Part shown: positions 19,246 through 28,859 of the stretch, piece after piece
Position numbering within the stretch: position 1 is the first letter of the stretch
How the letters are laid out: each line of letters begins with the position of its first letter
Assembly (NCBI GenBank): GCA_964352915.1
Contig: CAYGTQ010000003.1
Location: 1-58,017, forward strand
Direction: 5' to 3'
Source of the DNA: an uncultured Legionellales bacterium
GTDB lineage: Bacteria > Pseudomonadota > Gammaproteobacteria > PIVX01
DNA: 58,017 bases
The notes under the pieces: model-generated
The model's database searches: none
What the model was told of the DNA's origin: nothing
The model's input: only the letters and a program-made list of their open reading frames with translations
Translations under genes and position numbers: made by a program

Positions 19246-20142
19246 ATGAACACACAGGCACCTAGTAACACCAATCATGCCTCTTCAACAGCCATTGCAG
19301 TCATAGCCACCAACCTTGACGGTGTCATCACTGTATTCAACCAAGGTGCCGAAAGAATGCTGGGCTATCGGCATGAAGAAGTGGTTGGCAAGCAAACCCC
19401 TATGATTTTCTTTGCTAACGATTCCCTGCCAGACATTACCAAGCCTTATGATTTCTCCTGGATAACGCAAGTGGCTAAAAATTGCGGAAGCCAAGCCCAG
19501 CATTGGATTTTTTGTCATAAAAACGGTCATCATGTACCTATAAATGTCAATTTATCACTCATCCATAATGATGAGCAAAATGCCACAGGGGTTTTAATGA
19601 TGGCAACCAACGAACGTGAGTTGCACATGACGCCGCTAAAAGCTTTGCCTAACCGCAATGAATGGTTACAACGGGTTAACATTGAAATTGAGCGCGCCCG
19701 ACGCAACCAAACATCCATCTCCGTGCTCATCCTTGATGCCGATCAATTTCAATCCTATCAAGCTTATTATGGCCTAGAACAAGCCAACCAATGCTTGTGT
19801 GATATTGCCAATCTCCTAAGAGCCCGTATTCGTCGTGCTGGTGATTTTTTAGCCTACTACGGTGATGATCAATTTGCAGTGTGCCTGCCAGACACCACAA
19901 GCCCTGGGGCCGTTAAGCTTGCAGAAATTCTACGCCTCATCATAGCCACCCGAGAAATTCCACACTTAGCCATTCAACGAGAGCTGCAACTTTTTACGGT
20001 CAGTGTTGGAATTATGAGTGCGCTTGCCTCAAATGCTGGTGGAGCAGAACACCTGCTCAAGCAAGCCATACAAGCTGTGCAAACGGCTAAGCAAGCAGGC
20101 GGCAACTGCAGTCGTCTGCATGACGATGCTGAAGTGGCTTAA
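19246..20142 (+). CDS. PAS domain protein with a degenerate GGDEF domain (GDDQF)
   Basis: N-terminal PAS region (IAVIATNLDGVITVFNQGAERMLGY). The C-terminal domain has GGDEF-fold landmarks (LPNRNEW, LILDADQF), but the active-site motif reads YYGDDQF. An RxxD (RAGD) lies five residues upstream of it. Confidence 0.85.
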   Translation: MNTQAPSNTNHASSTAIAVIATNLDGVITVFNQGAERMLGYRHEEVVGKQTPMIFFANDSLPDITKPYDFSWITQVAKNCGSQAQHWIFCHKNGHHVPINVNLSLIHNDEQNATGVLMMATNERELHMTPLKALPNRNEWLQRVNIEIERARRNQTSISVLILDADQFQSYQAYYGLEQANQCLCDIANLLRARIRRAGDFLAYYGDDQFAVCLPDTTSPGAVKLAEILRLIIATREIPHLAIQRELQLFTVSVGIMSALASNAGGAEHLLKQAIQAVQTAKQAGGNCSRLHDDAEVA

Positions 20143-20419
20143 GCTACAGATAGCATAGCTTTAATAAATTTGTCATTCTAAGGGCCACTCTAGCTTTGCC
20201 AGGCTATGATTTTATTGGACAAAATTGTTGTCTGTAATTTTTGCTCGAAAAAATTATTATTTTATACAAATTCATTTTTTTGCCTTTGATACAATTTTTC
20301 TATTCTGAAGTATTCTGACTAAACTACTTATATAATAATTCATCTGATTAATGCCGTTCAATTAATGATTGCTGCGAGATCTTCAGCATGCGTTACTTAT
20401 GCCTGAGTTACAGTGATAG

Positions 20420-21469
20420 CTATCTAGCTGCGAACAAACCATGTTGACGAATCAACTCAATGAGGTAGGCAACATGTTCTGGTGGCGTCGTCTTTAAAAC
20501 ACCATGACCCAAATTAAACACATGACCGATATGAGTGAGACGTTGGTTGAGTAAGGTTGTCACAGCACGTTCAATGCCTGGCTGACTGCTGAGTAAAATC
20601 AAAGGATCGAGATTTCCTTGCAAAGCCACCCTGTCACCCACAAGCTTTTGTGCTTCACCCAAATGCATGGTCCAATCAAGACCCAAAGCGTCACACCCCA
20701 AACCCGCCATCGCATCCAGCCATTGCCCGCCTCCTTTGGTGAAGCAAATCACAGGCAATGTGGGATAACGCGCTTTAATGGCTTGCACAACTTGACGCAT
20801 ATATCTCAGTGAGAAGTCGAAATAAGATGAGGTGTCCAGTATACCGCCCCAAGTATCAAACAACATCAACACATCAACACCAGCCTGTGCTTGTGCCAAC
20901 ATGTATTCTGTCACCATATGGGTAATTTTTTTTAGCAAAATATGCATGTCTTGTGGCTCACGATGCATCCATGGCTTGATCAAAGAAAATTCACGACTAC
21001 CCTGCCCTTCAACCATATAACAAGCTAACGTCCAGGGGCTACCTGAAAAACCGATCAAAGGTGTGCGCCCTGTCAGTTCATGCTTGACAAGCTCAATGGC
21101 TTGCATCACATAACCTAAAGTCTCACGAGGATCGGATAAAATCAAACGTTCAATATCATTTTTATTGCGCACAGGTTTAAGAATTTTTGGCCCTTCGCCC
21201 ACCGTGAAAGTGACATCACAGCCCATGGCATCTGGGATCACCAGTATATCTGAAAAAATAATAGCTGCGTCTAAATCAAATCGAGCCAATGGTTGTAATG
21301 TCACCTCACAGGCTAGTTCAGGCGTCTGACACAAAGCCATAAAACCACCTGCTTGCTGGCGTATCTTTTGGTATTCTGGAAGATAGCGACCTGCTTGACG
21401 CATCAACCAAATAGGCAAACTGTCAATAGGCTCACGTCTTAGAGCTTTGATAAAGCGAAAATCACTCAT
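20420..21469 (-). CDS. hemE: Uroporphyrinogen decarboxylase
   Basis: N-terminus MSDFRFIKALRREPIDSLPIWLMRQAGRYLPEY matches the HemE signature. The ATG at 21469 overlaps the upstream gene's TGA (ATGA), so I reject the longer ORF reaching 21544. Confidence 0.95.
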   Translation of the reverse strand: MSDFRFIKALRREPIDSLPIWLMRQAGRYLPEYQKIRQQAGGFMALCQTPELACEVTLQPLARFDLDAAIIFSDILVIPDAMGCDVTFTVGEGPKILKPVRNKNDIERLILSDPRETLGYVMQAIELVKHELTGRTPLIGFSGSPWTLACYMVEGQGSREFSLIKPWMHREPQDMHILLKKITHMVTEYMLAQAQAGVDVLMLFDTWGGILDTSSYFDFSLRYMRQVVQAIKARYPTLPVICFTKGGGQWLDAMAGLGCDALGLDWTMHLGEAQKLVGDRVALQGNLDPLILLSSQPGIERAVTTLLNQRLTHIGHVFNLGHGVLKTTPPEHVAYLIELIRQHGLFAAR

Positions 21470-23193
21470 GTCCGTATGGCTTGTGCCGACAATTGAAGAC
21501 GAGCTTGTATCATTTTCTGTAATTGACCAAATTGGCGCAACCAAGGCTTGCTTCGCTGCAAAAGCTCAGGAAGTTTTTTAAGATTGAGGCGCGCTTCGCC
21601 TACAGTAGGATAACTGCCATACAGCAACACGTACCAATCACTCTCTCCACGGCGTGTTTGCACATAAGTCACTTGCTGCTTTAAACCGTGTTGATTGACA
21701 AAAATCTTCAGTTTATCGAGATCTCGACTGCCTAATAACTGAATGGTATAGTGCTCACGGTTTTTAGCCATGATAGACTTTTCAGAAGAACTCATCACCT
21801 CTAAAGGTAATTGTTCCTGTTGATCTTTGTCAGCTTGACGCTTAGCAGCTTCCTGGTGAGCTACGCGCTCACGCTCTTTTACTCTAGGGTAAATAGTCAC
21901 TGTGGTTTTTTTATTAAGCTCACTGCGATCGGGTTCAATCGCAGCCGATTGATGCTTCACAACACTGGCATCTTCAAACAAAGCGATTTGTTTGCCCGAA
22001 GGCTTAGTCGGCTTTTCAGCGACTATCGCCTCTTCTTTAACCACTTCTTTAACCTCTTCTTTCTGAGGTTCAGGCAGTGCAGATAGAACTTGTTCTGGCT
22101 CAGGAGCGGGCGGAGTTTGGGTTGCTTTTTCTTCTGCAACCGGCACTTCATCTGATTTGGCCGCTGCAGGCAAAGGCACGCGCTTTCTAGGCGCCATAGG
22201 TAACAATTGTGCTTGCTGCTGCTCTTGCTGTTCTAACACATCTTCATCAATAAAATCTTCATCCAAAGCCAATTGAGGTTCTGGTAAAGCCAAATCACTG
22301 GCTAATGGTGCATTAGGAGCCATATGGCGAAATTGCCATACAAACGATCCTACGATCACCACCAAACCAAGCAGCAACAGCAACCATCGGTTGTGTTGCC
22401 AAAAGGAGCCATTTTTATGTGTTAATAAACGCTCCATCATAAGCAAGCGTGCCGCTTGATTGATGGTTGAAAGCTGGCCTTGAGAGGCCTTCATTAATTC
22501 TTTCAGTTCACGCTCTGAAAAAGGGAATTCACCAGAAAAATTAGCACGCTCCAGCCTATCGCTCAAATAAGCTCGCACACTGTCAAACGACAGCGGCGCC
22601 AAAGTCACGCACTGCGCCCAAGAATCTATTTTTGACTTTAACGATTCATCTCCCAAAAGCAGAAAATGAAAATTAGGCATTTCAGAGCTAACTTCATCGG
22701 CCCATGCTTTAATATAATCCAAGACTTCATCAGTAAGCTCATGCGCATCATCAATCACCATCACACGACTGACTGGATCGTGCTTAAGCTCCTCCACCAC
22801 CATAGCTGGTGTCTGGCCAAGCTCTGTGATACCAACACCTAAACGCGACTTCACCTCATGCATCAGCTCTTCAGAAGTCGCGCAATCGCCCACTGGTAAA
22901 ACATAGCAGCGACATAAAGCTTCACTATGCTCGATGAATTGATGAAGAAGTGTGCTTTTACCGCTTTGAGGGGCTCCCACCACCAATTTGACTTGTGTGC
23001 TGTATTGAGTCAGATGCTGCAGAAGATCGATGGCATCTTGGGTTTCGGAGCTGATAAAATTCGTATCAACGGCACCAAAAGGATCGCAATCCATGCCCCA
23101 GGACTGCCAATAATACTGTCCTGAAATCGTTTCATTATCTAATTCCAGCGCTTGCTCCTGCATACTCTCATACTCCAAAAGATTTCTAGGCAA
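21466..23193 (-). CDS. ExeA/MshM-like AAA+ ATPase fused through a TM segment and an acidic Pro/Glu/Lys linker to a C-terminal SPOR domain (DamX position)
   Basis: Walker A GAPQSGKSTL and Walker B VMVIDDAHEL. TM segment WLLLLLGLVVIVGSFVW. Low-complexity linker (EQQEQQQAQ..., KEEVKEVVKEE). SPOR-like C-terminus (YTIQLLGSRDLDKLKIF...WYVLLYGSYPTVGEAR). Confidence 0.8.
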   Translation of the reverse strand: MPRNLLEYESMQEQALELDNETISGQYYWQSWGMDCDPFGAVDTNFISSETQDAIDLLQHLTQYSTQVKLVVGAPQSGKSTLLHQFIEHSEALCRCYVLPVGDCATSEELMHEVKSRLGVGITELGQTPAMVVEELKHDPVSRVMVIDDAHELTDEVLDYIKAWADEVSSEMPNFHFLLLGDESLKSKIDSWAQCVTLAPLSFDSVRAYLSDRLERANFSGEFPFSERELKELMKASQGQLSTINQAARLLMMERLLTHKNGSFWQHNRWLLLLLGLVVIVGSFVWQFRHMAPNAPLASDLALPEPQLALDEDFIDEDVLEQQEQQQAQLLPMAPRKRVPLPAAAKSDEVPVAEEKATQTPPAPEPEQVLSALPEPQKEEVKEVVKEEAIVAEKPTKPSGKQIALFEDASVVKHQSAAIEPDRSELNKKTTVTIYPRVKERERVAHQEAAKRQADKDQQEQLPLEVMSSSEKSIMAKNREHYTIQLLGSRDLDKLKIFVNQHGLKQQVTYVQTRRGESDWYVLLYGSYPTVGEARLNLKKLPELLQRSKPWLRQFGQLQKMIQARLQLSAQAIRT

Positions 23194-23307
23194 GTATACC
23201 GGGCAACCTTAGCAGCAGCAATGGGTAGGTAGAGAGTGGTTAAAAAAATAGCTTTAGAGTAAAAATCACGGAACTGCGCAGCATGATATCAGATCAAGAA
23301 TCGCCAA

Positions 23308-23829
23308 TCACTGGCTCTCTTTTTCCTTCAGAAGAGCTTCAGCAATTTTTTCTGCCACAGAACGCACACCAAAACCATCGGTCTCAAAAGTGTAATCTGC
23401 CAGCTCCTTATAAAAAGGCAGTAATTCCTCACGAAGCTGGCCTAAACGTTCCTGAACACCATCTTTCTCACGTAAAAGTGGCCTCTTAGTGTCTCGACGC
23501 GTACGCTCCATCTGTTGCTCGATGGTCGCTTGCAAATAAATAACCGAACCACGAGAACGTAGAGCTGCGCGATTTTTTGCCGATAAAACCACACCACCAC
23601 CCGTGGCTAAAATGATGGATTGCTTGCGGGTCAAATCATCCACCACTTGCTCTTCGCGCTTTTGAAATCCGGCTTCGCCTTCTATATCATAAATCCACGC
23701 AAGATCGGCGCCTGTACGCTCTTCAATGACCTGGTCAGTATCAAAAAAGTCCAACCGCAATATTTTGGCCAATTGACGACCAATGGTACTCTTACCAGCC
23801 CCCATAGGGCCAATTAAAAATATGTTCAT
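23308..23829 (-). CDS. aroK: Shikimate kinase
   Basis: MNIFLIGPMGAGKSTIGRQLA P-loop. Length and position downstream of pilQ are as in other gammaproteobacteria. I prefer the ATG at 23829 to the GTG at 23838. Confidence 0.95.
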   Translation of the reverse strand: MNIFLIGPMGAGKSTIGRQLAKILRLDFFDTDQVIEERTGADLAWIYDIEGEAGFQKREEQVVDDLTRKQSIILATGGGVVLSAKNRAALRSRGSVIYLQATIEQQMERTRRDTKRPLLREKDGVQERLGQLREELLPFYKELADYTFETDGFGVRSVAEKIAEALLKEKESQ

Positions 23830-23900
23830 CCAATTCACTGATGACTCCTTGGAACAATTATCATGATTAACCTAATACCAACTTGGCTCTACTATACCAT

Positions 23901-25919
23901 TTATGCCGTTGGATGGTTTGGCATAATTTTAGGTGTTATAAATATAACCAACTCATCTCGGGCCAAACTTTTTGATTGTCTGCTGAATAATTTACCCAAT
24001 ACTGGCAACCGCCCAAAGAAAGGCACCCGCTCCATGGTATTTTTATCGGTTTGCTTATAAATACCACCTAAAACCACCGTTTCGCCATTATTGACTAAAA
24101 CCTGGGTTTTGATCGCTTTGGTTTTAATGATCGTCACACTGGCATTGGTTGCGTTACTCGCTTCATCATTGTTCATCGCCAAAGTTAAAATAATACGATT
24201 ATCTGGCGTAATCTGAGGGGTCACTTCAAGCTTTAACACCGCTTTTTTAAATGAAATCGCCGAAGCACCGCTTGAGGTTGCTTCGTTAAAAGGCACATCT
24301 TCACCCGCCTCAATCACAGCAGGATATTGATTGGATGTGATCACTCGAGGTGAAGACACAATGTTAGCACGCCCCTCTGACTCAAGTGCTGACAATTCCA
24401 AATCCAGCATCACTCCCCCACCTAAACGTGCCAAAGCAAGCCCCAGCCTAGCTGGCGTTGCCGTACCTTGCTGTACGACAGGCAGGTTCACATTAAGACG
24501 ATTATTCAATGTGATATCTGAAGCAACATTGGTCAAACGCGAATTGGCGCCTTCCAAGGTACCGCTGACACGCTTTTTATCAGTCAAGCCAAAGCGAATA
24601 CCCAACTCATTACCCACACTGTCGGTGATGTTAACAATGCGGGCTTCTATCAGCACTTGTTTGACTGGCACATCCAAATCCCGTATCAAACGTCTGATTT
24701 CGCCAATACGCTCACTGGACTCTCTTACCCACAGTTTGTTGGTGCGTTGATCGGTACTGACATTGCCGCGCTCTGACAGCAAAGAAGTACCTTTTTCTTT
24801 TAGCAGCTTAGCCATGTCAGCCGCTTTAGCATAATTCACTGTGATAAGCTCAGAGTGAAGCGGTGCTAAAGCCTGAGCTTCCTGGAAATTTTTCAAATCA
24901 TTGGCTTCACGAGCAGCCACTTCATCGCTTGGTGCAATCAAAATCACTTTACTGCTCATTTCTCGCTTGGCAAGGCCGCGAGTTTGCAAAATAATATCCA
25001 ACGCCTGATCCCAAGGAATTTCATTGAGCCTTAAGGTCACGCTGCCAGTCACTGTATCGCTCACAATAATGTTCAAGCCGGTGAACTCTGCCAACATTTG
25101 TAGCACTGAACGAACCTTAACATCCTGAAAATTCAAAGTGATCGGCTTGCCGGTATAAACTTTCTTTTTATCACCGGTTTTGGTCACCACCTCTTTCGCT
25201 TTCGGCGTGACTTCTACCAAAAATTGTTTGCCCATTTGATAAGCGAAATACTCAAAAGGTGGGGTGATGTCGACCACAAGCTGAGCTTGTTTGTCATTAT
25301 TCTTTACGGTCATCTGCTTCACAGGTGTACCAAAATCTGCAACATCCATTTTTTGTTGCTGAAGCTTAGGCACCCAAGTATCCGCTAAAGTTACCCACAA
25401 CTGATTACCTTTGCGCACCACATCAACCGCTGATAAGTTTTGATTACCCTGCAGTACAATTTGACCTTTTTGCTGGCCAAGCCCTTTAAAATCTACGTGT
25501 GTCAGCTGCCTGGCTTTTGCCTTGGTCACAGCACGCCTACCATGGCTCAAAACTATATCCAACGACTTACCTTTGCGGACCAATTGGTGAGAAAGGCCTG
25601 AGCTGTGATGGATGATCAGACGTGTTTTTTCCGCACTGGCAACCACTTGGTAGCGCGTGATGCCCGATAAAGACATGGCTTGATCAGGTTGAGCCAAACG
25701 ATGTCGAGTATTCGGTAAATCCACCACCAAGCGAGTGGGGTTTTTCAAAGAAAAGACCTTAGGTGCAGCCGTAACCGGTACTTGGAAATGCAGATGGAAG
25801 CTGATGCGCTGATCTTTGGCTTGATTGACCTGCAAATTGGTCAATTCGTTCATAGCAGCACTTACAGGCAAGGCCCATAAAACTAAGCTCATCCATATTA
25901 TTTGTCTCAATACACTCAT
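23901..25919 (-). CDS. pilQ: Type IV pilus secretin PilQ
   Basis: Signal peptide from the ATG at 25919, AMIN-like N-terminal repeats, and a secretin C-domain (VPFFGRLPVLGKLF, ELVIFITPKI). Confidence 0.95.
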   Translation of the reverse strand: MSVLRQIIWMSLVLWALPVSAAMNELTNLQVNQAKDQRISFHLHFQVPVTAAPKVFSLKNPTRLVVDLPNTRHRLAQPDQAMSLSGITRYQVVASAEKTRLIIHHSSGLSHQLVRKGKSLDIVLSHGRRAVTKAKARQLTHVDFKGLGQQKGQIVLQGNQNLSAVDVVRKGNQLWVTLADTWVPKLQQQKMDVADFGTPVKQMTVKNNDKQAQLVVDITPPFEYFAYQMGKQFLVEVTPKAKEVVTKTGDKKKVYTGKPITLNFQDVKVRSVLQMLAEFTGLNIIVSDTVTGSVTLRLNEIPWDQALDIILQTRGLAKREMSSKVILIAPSDEVAAREANDLKNFQEAQALAPLHSELITVNYAKAADMAKLLKEKGTSLLSERGNVSTDQRTNKLWVRESSERIGEIRRLIRDLDVPVKQVLIEARIVNITDSVGNELGIRFGLTDKKRVSGTLEGANSRLTNVASDITLNNRLNVNLPVVQQGTATPARLGLALARLGGGVMLDLELSALESEGRANIVSSPRVITSNQYPAVIEAGEDVPFNEATSSGASAISFKKAVLKLEVTPQITPDNRIILTLAMNNDEASNATNASVTIIKTKAIKTQVLVNNGETVVLGGIYKQTDKNTMERVPFFGRLPVLGKLFSRQSKSLARDELVIFITPKIMPNHPTA

Positions 25920-25939
25920 GATATCTAGATCCCTGGTTA

Positions 25940-26467
25940 TTAATCCCCTAAGACCAATGAGGCTGGACGATTTTCCCATCCACCGGCCACTGGCACCAAT
26001 TCAACAAGCTTGATAGATTTAGGCAAAATTTCTGTCACCTGACCATAACGCTCACCCAAGTAGTCACCCTTGCTGACTCGATACAGCTTATCATCAGGTG
26101 CCTGAATGACAGCCCACGTCTGCCCCTCTCGAGACAAAATACCGACCATATGTAGGTTATCCAAAGGAAACGCTTCAAGCGGCTGCCTGCTACGCTCCTC
26201 ATCAGGCTTTAAATGAGCATTTTGTACCACAGCGCGGAAAGGACTGCGACGTTCTACATGCACAGGATAAGGGTAGGCCACGTACTTCTCAAGCACAGGA
26301 ATAGGTTCGATAGGTGTCGGTGGTCGCGACTTAATTCTAGCCACATAATGACGCAATTCTTCAAACGCATCATCCTGAAGCCCCAAGCACCCCTGGAGGC
26401 ACAACCCAACCATAAGAAGTGCAGCATTTAATGCGCAAAATTTACGACTGACCATTTTTTTTCTCAT
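25940..26467 (-). CDS. pilP: Type IV pilus assembly lipoprotein PilP
   Basis: Lipobox LQGC after a hydrophobic leader. Its size and position between pilO and pilQ fit PilP. Confidence 0.85.
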   Translation of the reverse strand: MRKKMVSRKFCALNAALLMVGLCLQGCLGLQDDAFEELRHYVARIKSRPPTPIEPIPVLEKYVAYPYPVHVERRSPFRAVVQNAHLKPDEERSRQPLEAFPLDNLHMVGILSREGQTWAVIQAPDDKLYRVSKGDYLGERYGQVTEILPKSIKLVELVPVAGGWENRPASLVLGD

Positions 26468-27071
26468 TATTATAACGATAGGTTTTAGCTACCATAGACA
26501 TGCGAAGATAATTGTTATCGTGCCTGGCCACTGACTTCCTGCCATTAGAAGCTGCATCAATAGGTGCTACCGTAACGCTATGCACAGTCACAATCCTATC
26601 TAAAGATGCCAAATCACTTAAGAATTTTGCCAATTCATGGTAGTCCCCAGTCACTTCAATGCGTATGGGTAACTCAGTGTAAAAAGCATGGTGCACTTCA
26701 TCCAACGGATCAAACAACTGAAAAGCCAGACCATTGGCCACCCCTGTTTTAGAAATGTCTTCAAGCAGACCAGGCACCTCTGTGCGCCTAGGCAATTGAT
26801 ACAAAAGCTTAGCAAAAATTTCTTCCATCTGTGCAATTTGATGACGGTAAGATGGCAGATTGGCTGCCTGCTTCTGCTTATACTCAAACGACTGTCTTAA
26901 AGTTATTTCTTCAGCCTGAACATTATCATAAACCACAAACTGTTGCTGGAAGTATAAATAGTAACTTGCTGCCATCAACGCAACAGATATCGCTATACCC
27001 AAACAGACTTTGACAGGCTGTGGCCAGATCCCTACATTGTCTAAAGTCAACTCATTGAGAGACAACTGCAT
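26442..27071 (-). CDS. pilO: Type IV pilus assembly protein PilO
   Basis: Single N-terminal TM segment, a coiled-coil, and a ferredoxin-like C-terminal region. Operon position fits PilO. Confidence 0.85.
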   Translation of the reverse strand: MQLSLNELTLDNVGIWPQPVKVCLGIAISVALMAASYYLYFQQQFVVYDNVQAEEITLRQSFEYKQKQAANLPSYRHQIAQMEEIFAKLLYQLPRRTEVPGLLEDISKTGVANGLAFQLFDPLDEVHHAFYTELPIRIEVTGDYHELAKFLSDLASLDRIVTVHSVTVAPIDAASNGRKSVARHDNNYLRMSMVAKTYRYNNEKKNGQS

Positions 27072-27640
27072 TATGACCCCTGCTGATTATTCAACTTAAT
27101 ACCCATGCTCAAACGAAAGATTTTCTCATCCCCTTGGGCACCCTCAGGTGATTTAATTTCTATAAGCTCTGGACTCACCAGCCATGATGCGCTTTCTATA
27201 TTGCGCATTAATGTTGATACATAAGAATTAGATTCGGCAGTACCAAACAGATTAACTCGCCCGTTATTCCAATCCATTTGCTTTAAAAGAATACCTGCCG
27301 GTAATACCTTAACCATCTCATCAAACAAATGAATCACCACAGGCCGATTAAGCTGTAAAGATTGAATAACCGACATTTTTTTAATTAAAAGATTCTTTTT
27401 CTGCTTGAGTTCACGTATTTCAGCATTGTGCTTGTCTAGAATAACAATTTCCTGCTTTAAGAAATCATTACGATCAACCTGGCTCTGAATTTTATAACTT
27501 AAAACACAATATGATAAAAAAATTACCAGTAATGTCCCCACAGCAGCCAATAGCATAGCTATTAGAAATTGCTTCTTGTCTTGCTCACGCAGCTCTTCAC
27601 GCCAAGGCAGCAAATTAATACAGTTGACTCGATGTCTCAT
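27071..27640 (-). CDS. pilN: Type IV pilus assembly protein PilN
   Basis: Conserved N-terminus INLLPWR followed by a TM segment. The ATG at 27640 shares one base with the pilM stop (TGATG). Confidence 0.88.
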   Translation of the reverse strand: MRHRVNCINLLPWREELREQDKKQFLIAMLLAAVGTLLVIFLSYCVLSYKIQSQVDRNDFLKQEIVILDKHNAEIRELKQKKNLLIKKMSVIQSLQLNRPVVIHLFDEMVKVLPAGILLKQMDWNNGRVNLFGTAESNSYVSTLMRNIESASWLVSPELIEIKSPEGAQGDEKIFRLSMGIKLNNQQGS

Positions 27641-28704
27641 CACATAAACCCTCGCAATGCCAATCCACAACAAGCTGTCATCGCTGATGAATCTCGGCTG
27701 ATTTCATCTATATCAACGTTAGGTCCCACCGACATATCCCCAAAAGGATTAGCTACGGTAGAAGGTATACCTATTTGTGATTGAATCAATTCAGCAAGAC
27801 CAGGAATACTGGAAGTTCCGCCCACCAAAAATATATGCGCAATTTTATTTTCTTCGTTCACAGAAAAGAAAAACTGCAAAGCCCTGCGTACCTGCAACAC
27901 AGCCAATTCACGAAATGGCGCGAGCAGCTCTGCCTCATAATCATCGGGCAAATTACCTGTTTTCTTAGCCGCACCGGCTTCTTGATAACTCAAGCCATAA
28001 TGGCGCTCAATATCTTTGGTCAGCTGTGCTCCACCGAAGATCTCTTCTCGGGTAAAAATAACTTGGTTGTCATCAAGCACTGTAATTTTGGTCAATTCAG
28101 CACCAATATCAACAATGGCAATGCTGTGTGATTGCCCATCATGATGATTTTGGTCAAGAATCAGCTGGCAAGCTCGTTGAAACGCAAAAGATTCTACATC
28201 AACAACTTGAGCACGAAAACCACCCAAACTTATGGCTTCAACACGCTGCGCCACATTTTCTGTATGGCAAGCCACCAACATCACATCAAGAAAATTAGAT
28301 TTGGGATCGCTGTCGTAGCTCTCGAAATCAAAGCTTACCTCTTCCAATGGATAAGGTATGTACTTTTCTGCCTGAATAATGACCTGATGTTCCATGTCGT
28401 ACTCATTTAAACCCTTATCAAGCTTCAATTGTTTACGAATTACAGCTGAATCAGGCACAGCCACCACAGCTCTTTTTGCTGTGGTCTTTGAACGTCTCAT
28501 CGCTTCATGGACAGCTTCGCCCACAGCCTCAACATCTTTTATGGTATTTTCTACAACTGTATTTTCCGGCAAAGGCACCACACCATAAGATTCGATAACA
28601 AATCGTCCACCGTGACGACCTAATTGCAGCAATTTAACAGCTGTTGAGCTGATATCGACGCCTGCCACAGAATGTTGAGATGACCACCAATCCATTAACC
28701 ACAC
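27640..28704 (-). CDS. pilM: Type IV pilus assembly ATPase-fold protein PilM
   Basis: Actin/FtsA-like fold motifs (GVDISSTAVKLLQL, VDIGAELT, LVGGTSSIPGL). Divergent from mrcA, as is usual. Confidence 0.92.
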   Translation of the reverse strand: MWLMDWWSSQHSVAGVDISSTAVKLLQLGRHGGRFVIESYGVVPLPENTVVENTIKDVEAVGEAVHEAMRRSKTTAKRAVVAVPDSAVIRKQLKLDKGLNEYDMEHQVIIQAEKYIPYPLEEVSFDFESYDSDPKSNFLDVMLVACHTENVAQRVEAISLGGFRAQVVDVESFAFQRACQLILDQNHHDGQSHSIAIVDIGAELTKITVLDDNQVIFTREEIFGGAQLTKDIERHYGLSYQEAGAAKKTGNLPDDYEAELLAPFRELAVLQVRRALQFFFSVNEENKIAHIFLVGGTSSIPGLAELIQSQIGIPSTVANPFGDMSVGPNVDIDEISRDSSAMTACCGLALRGFM

Positions 28705-28859
28705 AGAGTAAACATCCTTATTTCAGTTAATTAACTTAAAGTATAGAGAAACGATCGAATAAACAAAAGTTTTCCTGCGAAACATTCGCTATTTGCAATA
28801 TACTCTCTTTATACTGTACACCAAAATAATAGTATTTCCATAAAATAACCATAAACTTA

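Noticed and set aside
20143-20175. AGCTA...AGCTTTAATAAA after the GGDEF gene resembles the arm of the 15.0-15.3 kb inverted repeat plus its flank.
   Set aside because: Only about 12 contiguous nt are shared, with an insertion in the middle. That is within chance for AT-rich 3' regions and is not enough to call a second repeat copy.
21470-21544. 25-codon N-terminal extension of hemE.
   Set aside because: The HemE signature starts at the internal ATG (MSDFRF...). The extension would overlap the upstream gene by 79 nt, whereas the ATG at 21469 gives a clean ATGA coupling.
22020-22075. Short ~12-bp in-frame repeats (CTTCTTTAACC-like) in the linker of the AAA+/SPOR gene.
   Set aside because: This is simply the coding of a KEEV-type low-complexity linker. 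It is mentioned under that gene and is not an independent repeat element.
24331-24750. 139-aa ORF on the plus strand.
   Set aside because: It is antisense inside pilQ, with a Ser/Arg/Leu-rich composition typical of a shadow frame.
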